64,000 nucleotides of DNA from a virus (taxonomy: Duplodnaviria > Caudoviricetes), in the IMG/VR virus record IMGVR_UViG_2841255697_000002, positions 1 to 64,000 of that record, one strand, 5' to 3'. Both the position numbers and the translations under genes were made by a program. Positions 47,628 to 57,246 of this stretch are shown here, in pieces. Every line of letters starts with the position of its first letter. Position 1 is the first letter of the stretch. The notes under the pieces are model-generated. The model was not told the origin of the DNA, did no database searches, and worked only from the letters and a program-made list of their open reading frames with translations.

Positions 47628-48419
47628 TTGGCAAAGAAAAATGAAAACAGTAAAGTGATGATTTGTGGTGAAGTAACAAATTTATCGGTGGTGGAATTTG
47701 AGAATGGTGGATGTGCATTAGATTTTGCAATTATGGATACCCAGAGAGGCAATTTGTGTAATTGTAAAATGTTTTTTCAGAAAGGGTGGAAAGCCTATTA
47801 TGGAAAGAACACCTATGAGCCTAAGAAACTCAAACAGATTTTTATGAATCAGAATGGGGAAAGTCGAGGGGTTAAGGTGCTCGGAAGAGGTACTGTATAT
47901 GAGGATAAATATACCGATAAACAAACCGGCGATATTAAAAAAGTTAATAGAATTTTGCTCACATATATTCGCCCACTTCCAAACAATCTTGAAGAACGCA
48001 TTATATTCGACTTAAAAGGCATTATCGAAAAAGTTAACTATAATGATGATGACACACGAATCGACTTGCGTGTTGGCTTTATTGATAAACAGTGGGATAA
48101 AGATCTTCAGGCAGAAAAGAATATTATTCGTCATTTGAATATTTTTGCGACGGATAGCGTTTTAAATGAACTAAATGAATTGGAAGTTGACGATGACCAG
48201 TATATTGAAGTAAAAGGATTTATTCTAAATATGCGCCCAAAAGAGGTTGATATTTTTGACGATCCATTTGATTCAATCGGACAGCGTGGATTAAAAATTG
48301 AGAAGCTCGTAAAATTAGAAGAAGATAATGAATACCTAGAAAAGTATGAAGATGTTAAGTCAGGAAAGTCATTAAAAACTCACGAAGATGATGATAATTT
48401 AGATGATATTGGTTTTTAA
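47628..48419 (+). CDS. putative single-stranded DNA-binding protein (double OB-fold)
   Basis: Two beta-rich halves (V.I.GEV, F.LKGIIE); acidic tail DDDNLDDIGF. Confidence 0.6.
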   Translation: MAKKNENSKVMICGEVTNLSVVEFENGGCALDFAIMDTQRGNLCNCKMFFQKGWKAYYGKNTYEPKKLKQIFMNQNGESRGVKVLGRGTVYEDKYTDKQTGDIKKVNRILLTYIRPLPNNLEERIIFDLKGIIEKVNYNDDDTRIDLRVGFIDKQWDKDLQAEKNIIRHLNIFATDSVLNELNELEVDDDQYIEVKGFILNMRPKEVDIFDDPFDSIGQRGLKIEKLVKLEEDNEYLEKYEDVKSGKSLKTHEDDDNLDDIGF

Positions 48420-48521
48420 TTTTTTTTACATTGTTTAAAGATAACGTGTTGAATATTATGTTTTAAGGAGGAATGTCAAAACCAATGCAATATTTTAACA
48501 CTATACAAAAAGGAAGGGAAA

Positions 48522-48812
48522 ATGGAAGAAAACAACGTACTTGAAGAAATCGAAATAACAGAAGATAACGAATTAGAAAAACTTGAAGAATTAGCAATGC
48601 CTTTATTTAAATATGTGTACGAGCATTATTATCCATACGGAGGCATTGTTGTTGACTGTGAAGGAATTCATGGATTTAACACACGTCTTTGTATTCCACG
48701 AAATAAAATAGCAAAAGAGCAGCCAGATTTAGCTGCTCAGATTGAGGATGAATTTTTCGATCCATTTGAAATGGCAAGAAATTATGGATTTAAGCAATGC
48801 GAGTCTCATTAA
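48522..48812 (+). CDS. hypothetical protein
   Basis: AAGGAAGGG RBS. Confidence 0.55.
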   Translation: MEENNVLEEIEITEDNELEKLEELAMPLFKYVYEHYYPYGGIVVDCEGIHGFNTRLCIPRNKIAKEQPDLAAQIEDEFFDPFEMARNYGFKQCESH

Positions 48813-48996
48813 AACGTCCTGCAAACACTTGGTGGAAATATTCACCTTGTGAAGGTGCGAGCATAAACGCATCATATAAAGATTGCGGAACTTCAGAGTA
48901 TTGATATTCATAATGGTTATGAAAGCGAACAACCATCACTCCGTTTTCATAACCGACAGCAGAAACATTAGATGAAAATACCGATTGCATAAACAT
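48790..48996 (-). CDS. KTSC domain protein
   Basis: SSN..AVGY.....V.F.N...Y.Y..VP...Y..F..APS.G.YF. Confidence 0.85.
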   Translation of the reverse strand: MFMQSVFSSNVSAVGYENGVMVVRFHNHYEYQYSEVPQSLYDAFMLAPSQGEYFHQVFAGRFNETRIA

Positions 48997-49079
48997 GATA
49001 TTAAACCCCCACTATAATAAAGTTATAAGGGGATTATATCATGTTTGGGATTTTAAAGATACTATAAGGAGGAATATAT

Positions 49080-49301
49080 TTGAAAATAACACTAGAAGGT
49101 TCACAAGAAGAAATTGCGGCCATCATCCAGAAAGTACAATGGCCGTTTGGAATAGAAGAAGGCAATGACGACGAAAATGAATTGCCTAATGTTCGCATTA
49201 ACCTGAAAGGGCTAAATATTGAACGATTCACAGATGAGTATGACAGTGTTTACCTGGCAAAAGAAAAAAGACCAGAAGAGTACTGTGGAAGCACCTTTTA
49301 G
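49080..49301 (+). CDS. hypothetical protein
   Basis: AAGGAGG RBS; MKITLEGS.EEIA. Confidence 0.55.
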   Translation: MKITLEGSQEEIAAIIQKVQWPFGIEEGNDDENELPNVRINLKGLNIERFTDEYDSVYLAKEKRPEEYCGSTF

Positions 49302-49486
49302 TTATCATGTTTTGTGATAATGATATTTCCACATTTTTCACACTCATAAAGTTCAACAACAAAACCATTTTGTGTGTAAGCATTATCATTTGCTGGGTCA
49401 TAAGCTGGGATTTTGAACAGATCCGTGCCACGTGTATTAGTCAGTCGTTTCAGGTCTTTTGATCCACAAGATGTACATTTAAGCAT
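49298..49486 (-). CDS. zinc-ribbon protein (antisense moron-like)
   Basis: ATG 49486 behind GAGGTG; CTSCG...CEKCG. Confidence 0.65.
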   Translation of the reverse strand: MLKCTSCGSKDLKRLTNTRGTDLFKIPAYDPANDNAYTQNGFVVELYECEKCGNIIITKHDN

Positions 49487-49565
49487 CTTATTCACCTCTT
49501 TATAGTATTTTATATAAAGAGTATACCACAATAACTATTAAAAGTAAAAACAAGGAGGAATACAT

Positions 49566-50651
49566 TTGGCAAAGAAAAAAGAATTAGTTGATTTATTTAA
49601 TTTAGCAAAACAAACGGTGGATGGTGACATTTCGCATTATCTATTCACAATCACAGGTAATTATGGTGCAGGAAAAAGCAGTTTTGCAAATGAACTGTTC
49701 AACCGAGTAGGAAATGCTGTGATCTTTGGGTTTGAAGATCGTTTTAAAGGGATTAACGGTGCAAGACCCATCCTTATCCGATCATGGAAAGAACTCTTGG
49801 ATTATAAAAAAATGCTGCGTAAAGGTATTAGAGAAAATAATGGTGAGAATCCATTCCCATTTAACACAATCATTATTGATCCAATGGGCAAAGCAGCTGA
49901 GATGTGTGAAAAGTATGTTTGTGAAGAGAACGAATGGGATTCACTCGGAGATGCTGGATTTGGGAAGGGATATAATGAGTTTTTCAAGGAATTCAATACG
50001 ATGCTTGATGATCTGACTACAATGGGATTTACGATTCAAAAAGTTGCCCATAATCGACTGGATACCATCACACCACAAGGTGCAGCAGAAGGGTATCAGG
50101 TTTATGTACCAGATGTTCCTAAAAAACTGAAGTATATTGCGCAGGGAGAACCGGATTTCGTGTTTTATTTGGATGTTGTCAGAAATGTCGATGAAGAAAC
50201 CAGAACAAATAAACCCGTTCGTCGATTGTATCTTCAAAACTATGCAGATTTTGAGCTGAAATCTACACTTAAAGGCCTTCCAGATTACATTGAATTTGAA
50301 ACAGTCGAAGAAGGTGTGGATAAGTTTATTGAAGCTTTTGATAAGGCGGTAGCGGTGACTCGTGGTGAAGATTGGAGGGAAGAAGAGCAGGAAAAGCGAA
50401 CTGAACCAGCAGAATCGGCTAAACCAGATCCCGTAGAAGAAACAGAAAAGTTTGAAGACGATACTTCAGTTGATGTTGATATGGACGCACTCAGAGAACA
50501 GGCTGTTGATGTTCGCACAAACCTTTTGGAAGAACTTGAGAGGGAAGAAGTTATTGAGATCCTGAAACAGTATTTAGGAACGCCTAAAATTAATGAAGTG
50601 CAAGAACCTGATAAGTTGACTGCTTTTATTAAAGACTATGAGGCGGCATAA
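49566..50651 (+). CDS. AAA family ATPase (Sak4/AAA_24-like)
   Basis: GNYGAGKSSFA, FE, TIIID, D.GFGKGY, AH. Confidence 0.82.
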   Translation: MAKKKELVDLFNLAKQTVDGDISHYLFTITGNYGAGKSSFANELFNRVGNAVIFGFEDRFKGINGARPILIRSWKELLDYKKMLRKGIRENNGENPFPFNTIIIDPMGKAAEMCEKYVCEENEWDSLGDAGFGKGYNEFFKEFNTMLDDLTTMGFTIQKVAHNRLDTITPQGAAEGYQVYVPDVPKKLKYIAQGEPDFVFYLDVVRNVDEETRTNKPVRRLYLQNYADFELKSTLKGLPDYIEFETVEEGVDKFIEAFDKAVAVTRGEDWREEEQEKRTEPAESAKPDPVEETEKFEDDTSVDVDMDALREQAVDVRTNLLEELEREEVIEILKQYLGTPKINEVQEPDKLTAFIKDYEAA

Positions 50652-50662
50652 AGGAGGAAAGG

Positions 50663-51124
50663 ATGGAATACTGTAGTGTATGCGGCAAAAGAGTATCAGT
50701 AGGTAAAAATAACTGCATCCAAAACGACAATGGGAGTTATCGACATAAAAAATGTCCAAAAACAAAAGAACCTACAGGCGATCAGTCAGCTTATAAAGCA
50801 TTAAAGGAACGCATTCAATATCATTTCAATGAGAATGCGAAAGGTGCATTACTTCAGTATGGTTTAAACTGGTATGGCATTACGCCAAAGATAAAAAAGC
50901 TAAAAGAAGATGGGTATTCATATGAAGACCAGATATACGCTTTAGATGAAGTGGTAAAAGCCAATGATGGTTTCTGGGGGTATGGTTCTGTAGAGAAACA
51001 TATCTCCCGGATTGTTTATCAGCGTGACAAACATGAAAAGATAAAGGAAGCAATTGATCGCCTACCAGAAGAAGTGAAATTTACACCCAAATTTGATTTG
51101 CAGGAAGCAACATTAGATTTTTAA
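50663..51124 (+). CDS. Zn-finger replication-module protein
   Basis: CSVC...H..C; lies between ATPase and helicase genes. Confidence 0.55.
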   Translation: MEYCSVCGKRVSVGKNNCIQNDNGSYRHKKCPKTKEPTGDQSAYKALKERIQYHFNENAKGALLQYGLNWYGITPKIKKLKEDGYSYEDQIYALDEVVKANDGFWGYGSVEKHISRIVYQRDKHEKIKEAIDRLPEEVKFTPKFDLQEATLDF

Positions 51125-51136
51125 GGAGGGATAAAC

Positions 51137-51316
51137 ATAGGAAAGATAGTCAGTAAAAAATTTCTTTGGTTTCCTAAAAAGATTTTGAGTAATTGGTATT
51201 GGTTTAGAAATGTGTATATTGTTAGAAAGTTAACCAGGATGGAAGTAGATGGCAGAGATACATACTATGAAAAAAAGAGATATTTTCTCTCAAAGGAGGA
51301 TGCCTATGCGTGGTGA
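51137..51316 (+). CDS. small basic and aromatic protein with ATA start (59 aa)
   Basis: AGGAGG 7 nt upstream; KFLWFPKKI...WYWF; fills the intergenic gap. Confidence 0.5.
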   Translation: MGKIVSKKFLWFPKKILSNWYWFRNVYIVRKLTRMEVDGRDTYYEKKRYFLSKEDAYAW

Positions 51317-52046
51317 CATTATGGTTCTTACCTTTACAGGAATCGCCCACAGTGGGAAAGACACAGCCGTAAAAATGGTCAAAAAATACTTTGAAGAAAA
51401 AGGAAAGAGAGTGCTAAATCTGGCCTATGCAGACCCGCTTAAAGCGCTTTTAAAACGAAATTTCGGATATGACGAGTCAGATAAAGAAAAATACCGTTCC
51501 GTCTTACAGCAGTTTGGAACCAATTTTGTCAGGAGAATTGAACCGGATTTTTGGGTTCATGAAACCTACCATATGATTGATCTTCTGTCGAAGAAAAAAT
51601 CAGAGGAAGAACTGGACGAGCTGAGAAATGAAATGTTGGAACTTGATATTATTGACGATAATGATGCCATCCATTCGATTAACGAGATAATCCAACTGGA
51701 AGAACAAAAATATGACGTGTTTCTTATCAGCGATGCCCGATTTTTGAATGAACTCCGGCCATATCCTTACAATCTTTGCTATAACATTTTTAATGTAAAG
51801 ATTGACCGAGATATCGAAGGTGGTCTGGAAGGAGAAGAAGCATCGCATGAAAGTGAACAGCTGGCAAAAACCGCACCGGATGACCTTTTCCATATGGTTA
51901 TAAATAATAATGGTACGCTTGAAGATTTGGATCGGCAGTGCCTGGAAGTTGTAGAGTATACACTTAAATATAATGCATCACTTCATGAGGTCAGAATGGA
52001 GTCCCTAAAAGGTCTGTTGGAAATGGAGGATAAAAATGAAGAATAA
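51306..52046 (+). CDS. deoxynucleoside monophosphate kinase
   Basis: GIAHSGKDT, AYADPLK, R..LQ.FGT...R, ISDARF.NE, H.SE, I.NNGT..DL; ATG 51306 behind AGGAGG. Confidence 0.85.
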   Translation: MRGDIMVLTFTGIAHSGKDTAVKMVKKYFEEKGKRVLNLAYADPLKALLKRNFGYDESDKEKYRSVLQQFGTNFVRRIEPDFWVHETYHMIDLLSKKKSEEELDELRNEMLELDIIDDNDAIHSINEIIQLEEQKYDVFLISDARFLNELRPYPYNLCYNIFNVKIDRDIEGGLEGEEASHESEQLAKTAPDDLFHMVINNNGTLEDLDRQCLEVVEYTLKYNASLHEVRMESLKGLLEMEDKNEE

Positions 52047-52569
52047 TAAGGGTGTTGGCGTTGGAGATTATGTGAAAATCGTTGATGCAGAATGTAACGA
52101 ACCTTACAGTAATGGTGATATTTTAAAAGTCATCGATCTGGATGGAAAGAGCGGTAATATTTGGTGCGAAAATGAGAATAACCAATATTACATTTATTAT
52201 GATGAGTACGAATTCTTCAGTACCGATAATTTTACCAAAGGAAACTTACAAACAGGAGATTTTGTAGAATACCGAAATAGATGTGCCGGAATCGTAAATA
52301 TTGAAGCTGGTGGCATTGCGAGGAATGATGGAGACTATAATGGATTAAACGCATTAACCGACCATCTGGAACATACCGGTGAGAATGATGAATGGATTAT
52401 TGATAAAGTGTATCGACCAACAGAGCCGATTGCTGTGAGTTTTATTAACTATCATAAGGGACGTTTGATTTTCGATAGAAGCGCCATACAAGCGCCAAAA
52501 GAATACACCATCGAAGAATTGGAATCAAAACTTGGAGAAAAAATTAAAATTATTGGAAATGCAGCATAA
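52036..52569 (+). CDS. hypothetical protein (SH3-like repeats)
   Basis: VGD.VKIV, L.TGD.V..R, KE.TI.E.E..LG..IKI. Confidence 0.6.
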   Translation: MKNNKGVGVGDYVKIVDAECNEPYSNGDILKVIDLDGKSGNIWCENENNQYYIYYDEYEFFSTDNFTKGNLQTGDFVEYRNRCAGIVNIEAGGIARNDGDYNGLNALTDHLEHTGENDEWIIDKVYRPTEPIAVSFINYHKGRLIFDRSAIQAPKEYTIEELESKLGEKIKIIGNAA

Positions 52570-52602
52570 ACACAGTCCTGCATAATCCATAGCAGGAGGT
52601 GA

Positions 52603-54026
52603 ATATGAGTAAAACAACAGCGCTTACAAGCGAATCGCTTGTCATAGGAGCTTTATTAAACCAGGGTGACCTGTTGCTTGAAATGTCTGATTTAAGGCTG
52701 GAGTATCTAAGTTCTGAGATTAACCGCGTGTTACTCACCTGTATTAAGCGCATCTACCGACAGGGAAGTCGAAATATCGATATTGCGGATGTCTATGCCA
52801 TGCTTGAAACCAATGAATCCGATAAAAAACTAATTGATCGAAATGGAGGTGTTGAATATCTTGAACAACTTCAGGTGATTGGAAGTGGAAAAACCTCAGA
52901 AGATGTGCGTGTACATGTGAAAAATATTATCGACACAGCCTATCGAAACGAGGCTGTAGCAGTTCTGGAAGGAGTAAAGTTGGAAATTAGCGCACATAAA
53001 GATATGACTCTGGAGCGAATTAATGACCTTCTGGACAAGGAGTTGCTTGGCATCAGAGCGAAATACGCAGCCAGGCATAAGGTTGAACTCCTTAAGGATC
53101 AAACCGATAAGATCATGGAGACATTGGATATTGAAAGCCAGCAGGATTACATTGGTTTTCCAACGGCGTTACCTCTTTTAAATAAGTTCATAACCTATCG
53201 GAAGGGTGAACTGGTCGTCTATAGCGCAAAAGCCAAAGTAGGTAAATCTCAAACTGTTGTCAATGAGGTCTATAATCTGGCAATTAAAAACAAAATTCCA
53301 ACGATGGTATTGGACACAGAGCTACAGACTAAAACATTCTTTGTTCGTCTGATGGCCCGTATTACAGGATATAGTTTTAAATTTGTGGAAACTGGAAAAT
53401 GGAAACAATACCCCAAATGCAGGGAAAAAGTAATGGCCGCCAAAACCCTCATTGACGATTCACCCATTGCACACACTTATATTGTGGGGTGGACACAGGA
53501 CGAAATCTTTAACGAGGTCAAGAGAATGCAGATACAGAGCAATGTTCAAATTGTTTTCTATGATTATATCAAGGTCGAGGAAGTTTCAGAGGGTTTAGCA
53601 GAGCACCAGCAGCTGGGTAACCTGACGAACTGGTTGAAAAATGGGATTGCCGGGGAACTGAATATCGCTGTTGTAGCATTGGCACAGCTTTCAGATTATG
53701 TGACACAGGAACGCGGCTTTAAAATTGCCAATTCCGAGAAAATTAAAAATTATTGTTCCTCAACAGTGTTTCTTGTCGAAAAGACCAGTGAACAATATGC
53801 CGATGACAATTGTGAACTCGGTGGAAATGCCTATTTATATATTCAATATAACCGTAATGGGCCGCAGATGCCAAGTGATCAACAGAATAAAGGGATCAAC
53901 ATTGTCTTCGAGAAGAATAAGGCTTTGATTACCGAAGCACCGTGGCAGCATCCAAGCATTAAAAGCTTAGCCGAACAAGACGAAGAGGAATACATCGTCG
54001 ATGAAGATGGTGATGTTGCTTGTTAG
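52603..54026 (+). CDS. dnaB: DnaB-like replicative helicase
   Basis: G.PT....LN, GEL.V..AKAKVGKS, LDTE, FYDYIK, ALAQL, NRNG; start approximate (GTG 52599 or in-frame ATG 52605). Confidence 0.88.
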
Positions 54027-55015
54027 ACATTGAATATGTCAAAAATGCAGCGAACCAAAATATTGAGCGGGTGCTGGATGAGCTAGGGTTAGAATACCGT
54101 TGGGAAAATGGTTGGGTTGTTTTACCATGCCCGTTCCATAACGGTGAGGATGATAATTTTAAGTTTCGAGGAAGCGGCTTTTATTGTTTTAGCCAGTGTC
54201 AGGAGCATTACGATGTGATTGATCTTGTTATGAAAGTTAATCATATGTATTTTGGTGAGGCACTACAGTGGATAGGCAATCTATTCGGCATTGAAGACGA
54301 TGGGAATCCTCACCGGATTGAAAAGCCAGCAGATAACCGCGCTGTAATTAATTCCTTATTCAAGGCTAAAAAGCGGAATGAAGTCGTTTATATACCAATC
54401 GAGCAGCAGATTTTAAATACAGTGGAGCCTTTTTATCATCCCTGGATGGCCGAAGCTGGGTTCACAGAACAGACATGTCAGCATTTTGAGGTTGGCTATG
54501 CAAGGTATGGAACACTTGATGGAAGAGTATGTTTTCCAATTCGATCACCCGATGGAAGAATTATTTCCATAAGTGGCCGAATGCCGAATTATGAGCGCTA
54601 CGGCTGTTCAAAATACTATATTGTAGGACATACACAAGTCAAAAACACGTTGTTCAATTTGAGCAGTCTTCTTGATGACCTATGGCTTTACAAATATATT
54701 ATCGTCGTTGAAGGCTTTAAGTCCGTTCTGTGGCTTTATCAAAATGGTTATGAAAATGCAGTAGCCGCCATTGGAGCATCACTCTCGGATGAACAAAGAA
54801 ATCTGCTGTTGAAAACCGGGCTGCCCATAGTCGCTATTTGCGATAATGACCGGGTTGGTGAGTGCTTCGGACAGGCAGTTTACAACAAATGTTACCAATT
54901 CACTGAGGTAACACAAATAAAACTAAGTGAAATTACAAAAATAGAAAAGGCATCTGTAGATGACCTTACAGATAAAGAATTCAATATACTAAGGAGGAAG
55001 TTAGATGAGATTTAA
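54020..55015 (+). CDS. dnaG: DNA primase (CHC2 zinc finger and TOPRIM)
   Basis: CPFH...F.CF..C, R..FPI....G.I....GR, IVVEG.KSV, DND..G. Confidence 0.88.
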   Translation: MLDIEYVKNAANQNIERVLDELGLEYRWENGWVVLPCPFHNGEDDNFKFRGSGFYCFSQCQEHYDVIDLVMKVNHMYFGEALQWIGNLFGIEDDGNPHRIEKPADNRAVINSLFKAKKRNEVVYIPIEQQILNTVEPFYHPWMAEAGFTEQTCQHFEVGYARYGTLDGRVCFPIRSPDGRIISISGRMPNYERYGCSKYYIVGHTQVKNTLFNLSSLLDDLWLYKYIIVVEGFKSVLWLYQNGYENAVAAIGASLSDEQRNLLLKTGLPIVAICDNDRVGECFGQAVYNKCYQFTEVTQIKLSEITKIEKASVDDLTDKEFNILRRKLDEI

Positions 55016-55361
55016 AGAAGCATTTGATGTGATGGTATTGGGAGAAAGAAAAATTCGAAGAGAAGGATGGAGAGGGTATTGGTACTGGAATGCTGGTAAC
55101 ATCCTGATTGTAAATGCAGAAGGTGAGGAGTTTCTGTTCCGTGATACACCCGATTTATCTTATACATTAAGAAATACATTCGAAGATGATTGGGAGGTTA
55201 TTGATGATGAAGCCGTAGAAAAAGAATATGATTTGTTAGAGCAAATTGCACAGGCGATTAAAGAGGAAAGGTCAAATTTACTCTTTGGAAATTTTGGCGG
55301 GTATAGTGACACGACACGTTTTGAACCTTCTAACGATATTTCAAATGGTCGGTTTGCATAA
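55005..55361 (+). CDS. DUF2829/Tad2-like protein
   Basis: M.F.EA...M..G..KI.R.GW.GYW ... EDDWEVI. Confidence 0.6.
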   Translation: MRFKEAFDVMVLGERKIRREGWRGYWYWNAGNILIVNAEGEEFLFRDTPDLSYTLRNTFEDDWEVIDDEAVEKEYDLLEQIAQAIKEERSNLLFGNFGGYSDTTRFEPSNDISNGRFA

Positions 55362-55543
55362 TGGCCATGATCTGTATTAGCCACGCAAGAGAATGTGATG
55401 GATGTATGGCTTGTTATGAAGATGCAGATTTGATGGTTTACGAGTGCGACTGGTGTGGCAAATCCGTTTACTATTATGATGATTATGTTAGTGGTGTTTC
55501 TTTGTGAGGAATGTCAAAATATTTATTACGAAAAGGAGGCCTT

Positions 55544-56233
55544 ATGAAATATAAAACAGGAGATAAGGTGAGAATTAGGAAAGATTTAAATTGTGGAATC
55601 AAGTGTTATTCAAACGTTATAGAAGAAATGCTTCCTTTTGCAGGAAAAGAAGCAATGATAATGAAGGCATCTCCAAGAGCTTATATGGTCGATGCAGATC
55701 GTGGAAAATTTTTCTGGAACGATGAAATGTTTGAATGTGACTTCAAAATTGAAGGCTTCAGAAGTAACAATGCGACCGTCTGCTTAATGAAAAAGGACGG
55801 AAAAGTTATCGCAAAAGGGATTGCAAAATGCTGTCCAGAGGATGATTACGATTTTGAATTTGGCATTCGATTAGCCTTTTTCAGAATGATGGGTCTGCCT
55901 ACAGATGAGATGTTGCATGAAAGTGAGGATAGAGAAAGCACAGGACGCTTTGAGAATAATGAACTCGTCAGAGTTACAGACACGGGTTGCCTTTACGACA
56001 CCTATGGAGACTTTGTATTGGAATTTGCACCAGAAATGATTAAACATTTTACTTATGGAAAGGGTATAAGTGGCTATGAACAAAAAAAAGATGTCTTTAA
56101 AATTTTAACCCAACATAATCACCTCACCTTTGGTGTCCGTCATCTTTTGATTATTCAGAATGTTCGAACAAATGATGTGTATGTGATCGGTGAGGAAAGT
56201 GTTGAACGGTTTGATTTGGAGGCGATTGTATAG
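55544..56233 (+). CDS. hypothetical multi-domain protein
   Basis: ATG 55544 behind AAAGGAGG; MKYK.GDKVRIR.DL and G.AKC.P.D..DF..G..LAF.R modules. Confidence 0.6.
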   Translation: MKYKTGDKVRIRKDLNCGIKCYSNVIEEMLPFAGKEAMIMKASPRAYMVDADRGKFFWNDEMFECDFKIEGFRSNNATVCLMKKDGKVIAKGIAKCCPEDDYDFEFGIRLAFFRMMGLPTDEMLHESEDRESTGRFENNELVRVTDTGCLYDTYGDFVLEFAPEMIKHFTYGKGISGYEQKKDVFKILTQHNHLTFGVRHLLIIQNVRTNDVYVIGEESVERFDLEAIV

Positions 56234-57246
56234 AGACAAAAATATTCAAAGAACTCAATATTGATGGTGAAAAGAAAAAGGTGCTTGCCACAAGCTACTC
56301 CCAGATCGACACTTTTCTTCAATGCCCCTATCGCTGGTATAGACTGTACCTTAAAGGGGAACGAAAAGAACATACTGCTGAGGCATTGGCATTAGGAGGG
56401 GCAGTACATAAAACACTGGAAACCTTTTTTACAGCCAGACAAAAAGGTGAGCATATTGAAGTTGCAGAGGCCAAAGAACTTCTTAAAGAGACAATGGATA
56501 CCTATGATATCCCGTTTCTATCCGAAGAAAACCAGACATTAGCGACTGAACAGCATATGGAGATGATCACCAATCTCGCAGAAAATACAGGTCATCTCGC
56601 AGAATTTACACTTGACAAAGAAGTCATTGCATGTGAGAAAGACTTCATATACCGAATGCCATTGGATTTTGATGTCATATGGGATGGCAAGATCATTTCA
56701 GAAATTTACATTATTGGTTCCATAGATCTTATTTTAAGGGATCAAAACGGCAGCCTGATCGCCGTGGATTTCAAATCAGGAAAGAAAATTTTCGATGGTT
56801 CTAAATTAAAAAACAATCTTCAGTTACCAATTTACTCGTTAGTTATCAACGATCTTTACAAGCGTCTTCCGGCGCAAACACTTTACTATTTTACAAGGCT
56901 TGACACCTTCCAGAACGTTGAGCCACTATCAAAAAACGATCAGGAAAGCGAAATCATCCGGTTTAAAACAGGGAAAAGAGCAGGAGAAATCAAACATCAG
57001 CAAAAGAGCATTGATTCTGTTCATAAAGAGCTTCAAGACATTTTTAGATTACAGTACGCTTCTGGAATCGATGCGTATCAATCTAAACCTACGCCGCTAT
57101 GTTCATGGTGTCCTTTGGGAATGTATGAAGACAGAAGCTGCTCAAATGCGCAACAGTATATTCGAAAAGACTTGCCACTCCCAGTCGGAATTAAGAATAC
57201 ACATAAAAGGGGGAATGCGAATGAACATAACCGAATGGGCGTATGA
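56230..57246 (+). CDS. PD-(D/E)XK Cas4/RecB-like exonuclease
   Basis: SYSQI..F..CP..W, G..VH..LE, G.IDL, VDFKSG, QL.IY, C.WC......C; probable ATA start at 56230. Confidence 0.85.
   Translation: METKIFKELNIDGEKKKVLATSYSQIDTFLQCPYRWYRLYLKGERKEHTAEALALGGAVHKTLETFFTARQKGEHIEVAEAKELLKETMDTYDIPFLSEENQTLATEQHMEMITNLAENTGHLAEFTLDKEVIACEKDFIYRMPLDFDVIWDGKIISEIYIIGSIDLILRDQNGSLIAVDFKSGKKIFDGSKLKNNLQLPIYSLVINDLYKRLPAQTLYYFTRLDTFQNVEPLSKNDQESEIIRFKTGKRAGEIKHQQKSIDSVHKELQDIFRLQYASGIDAYQSKPTPLCSWCPLGMYEDRSCSNAQQYIRKDLPLPVGIKNTHKRGNANEHNRMGV

Noticed and set aside
56900-57220. 107-aa N-terminal extension of the RNR in the ORF track
   Set aside because: It overlaps the Cas4-like gene in another frame; the RBS and RNR-like sequence begin at ATG 57221
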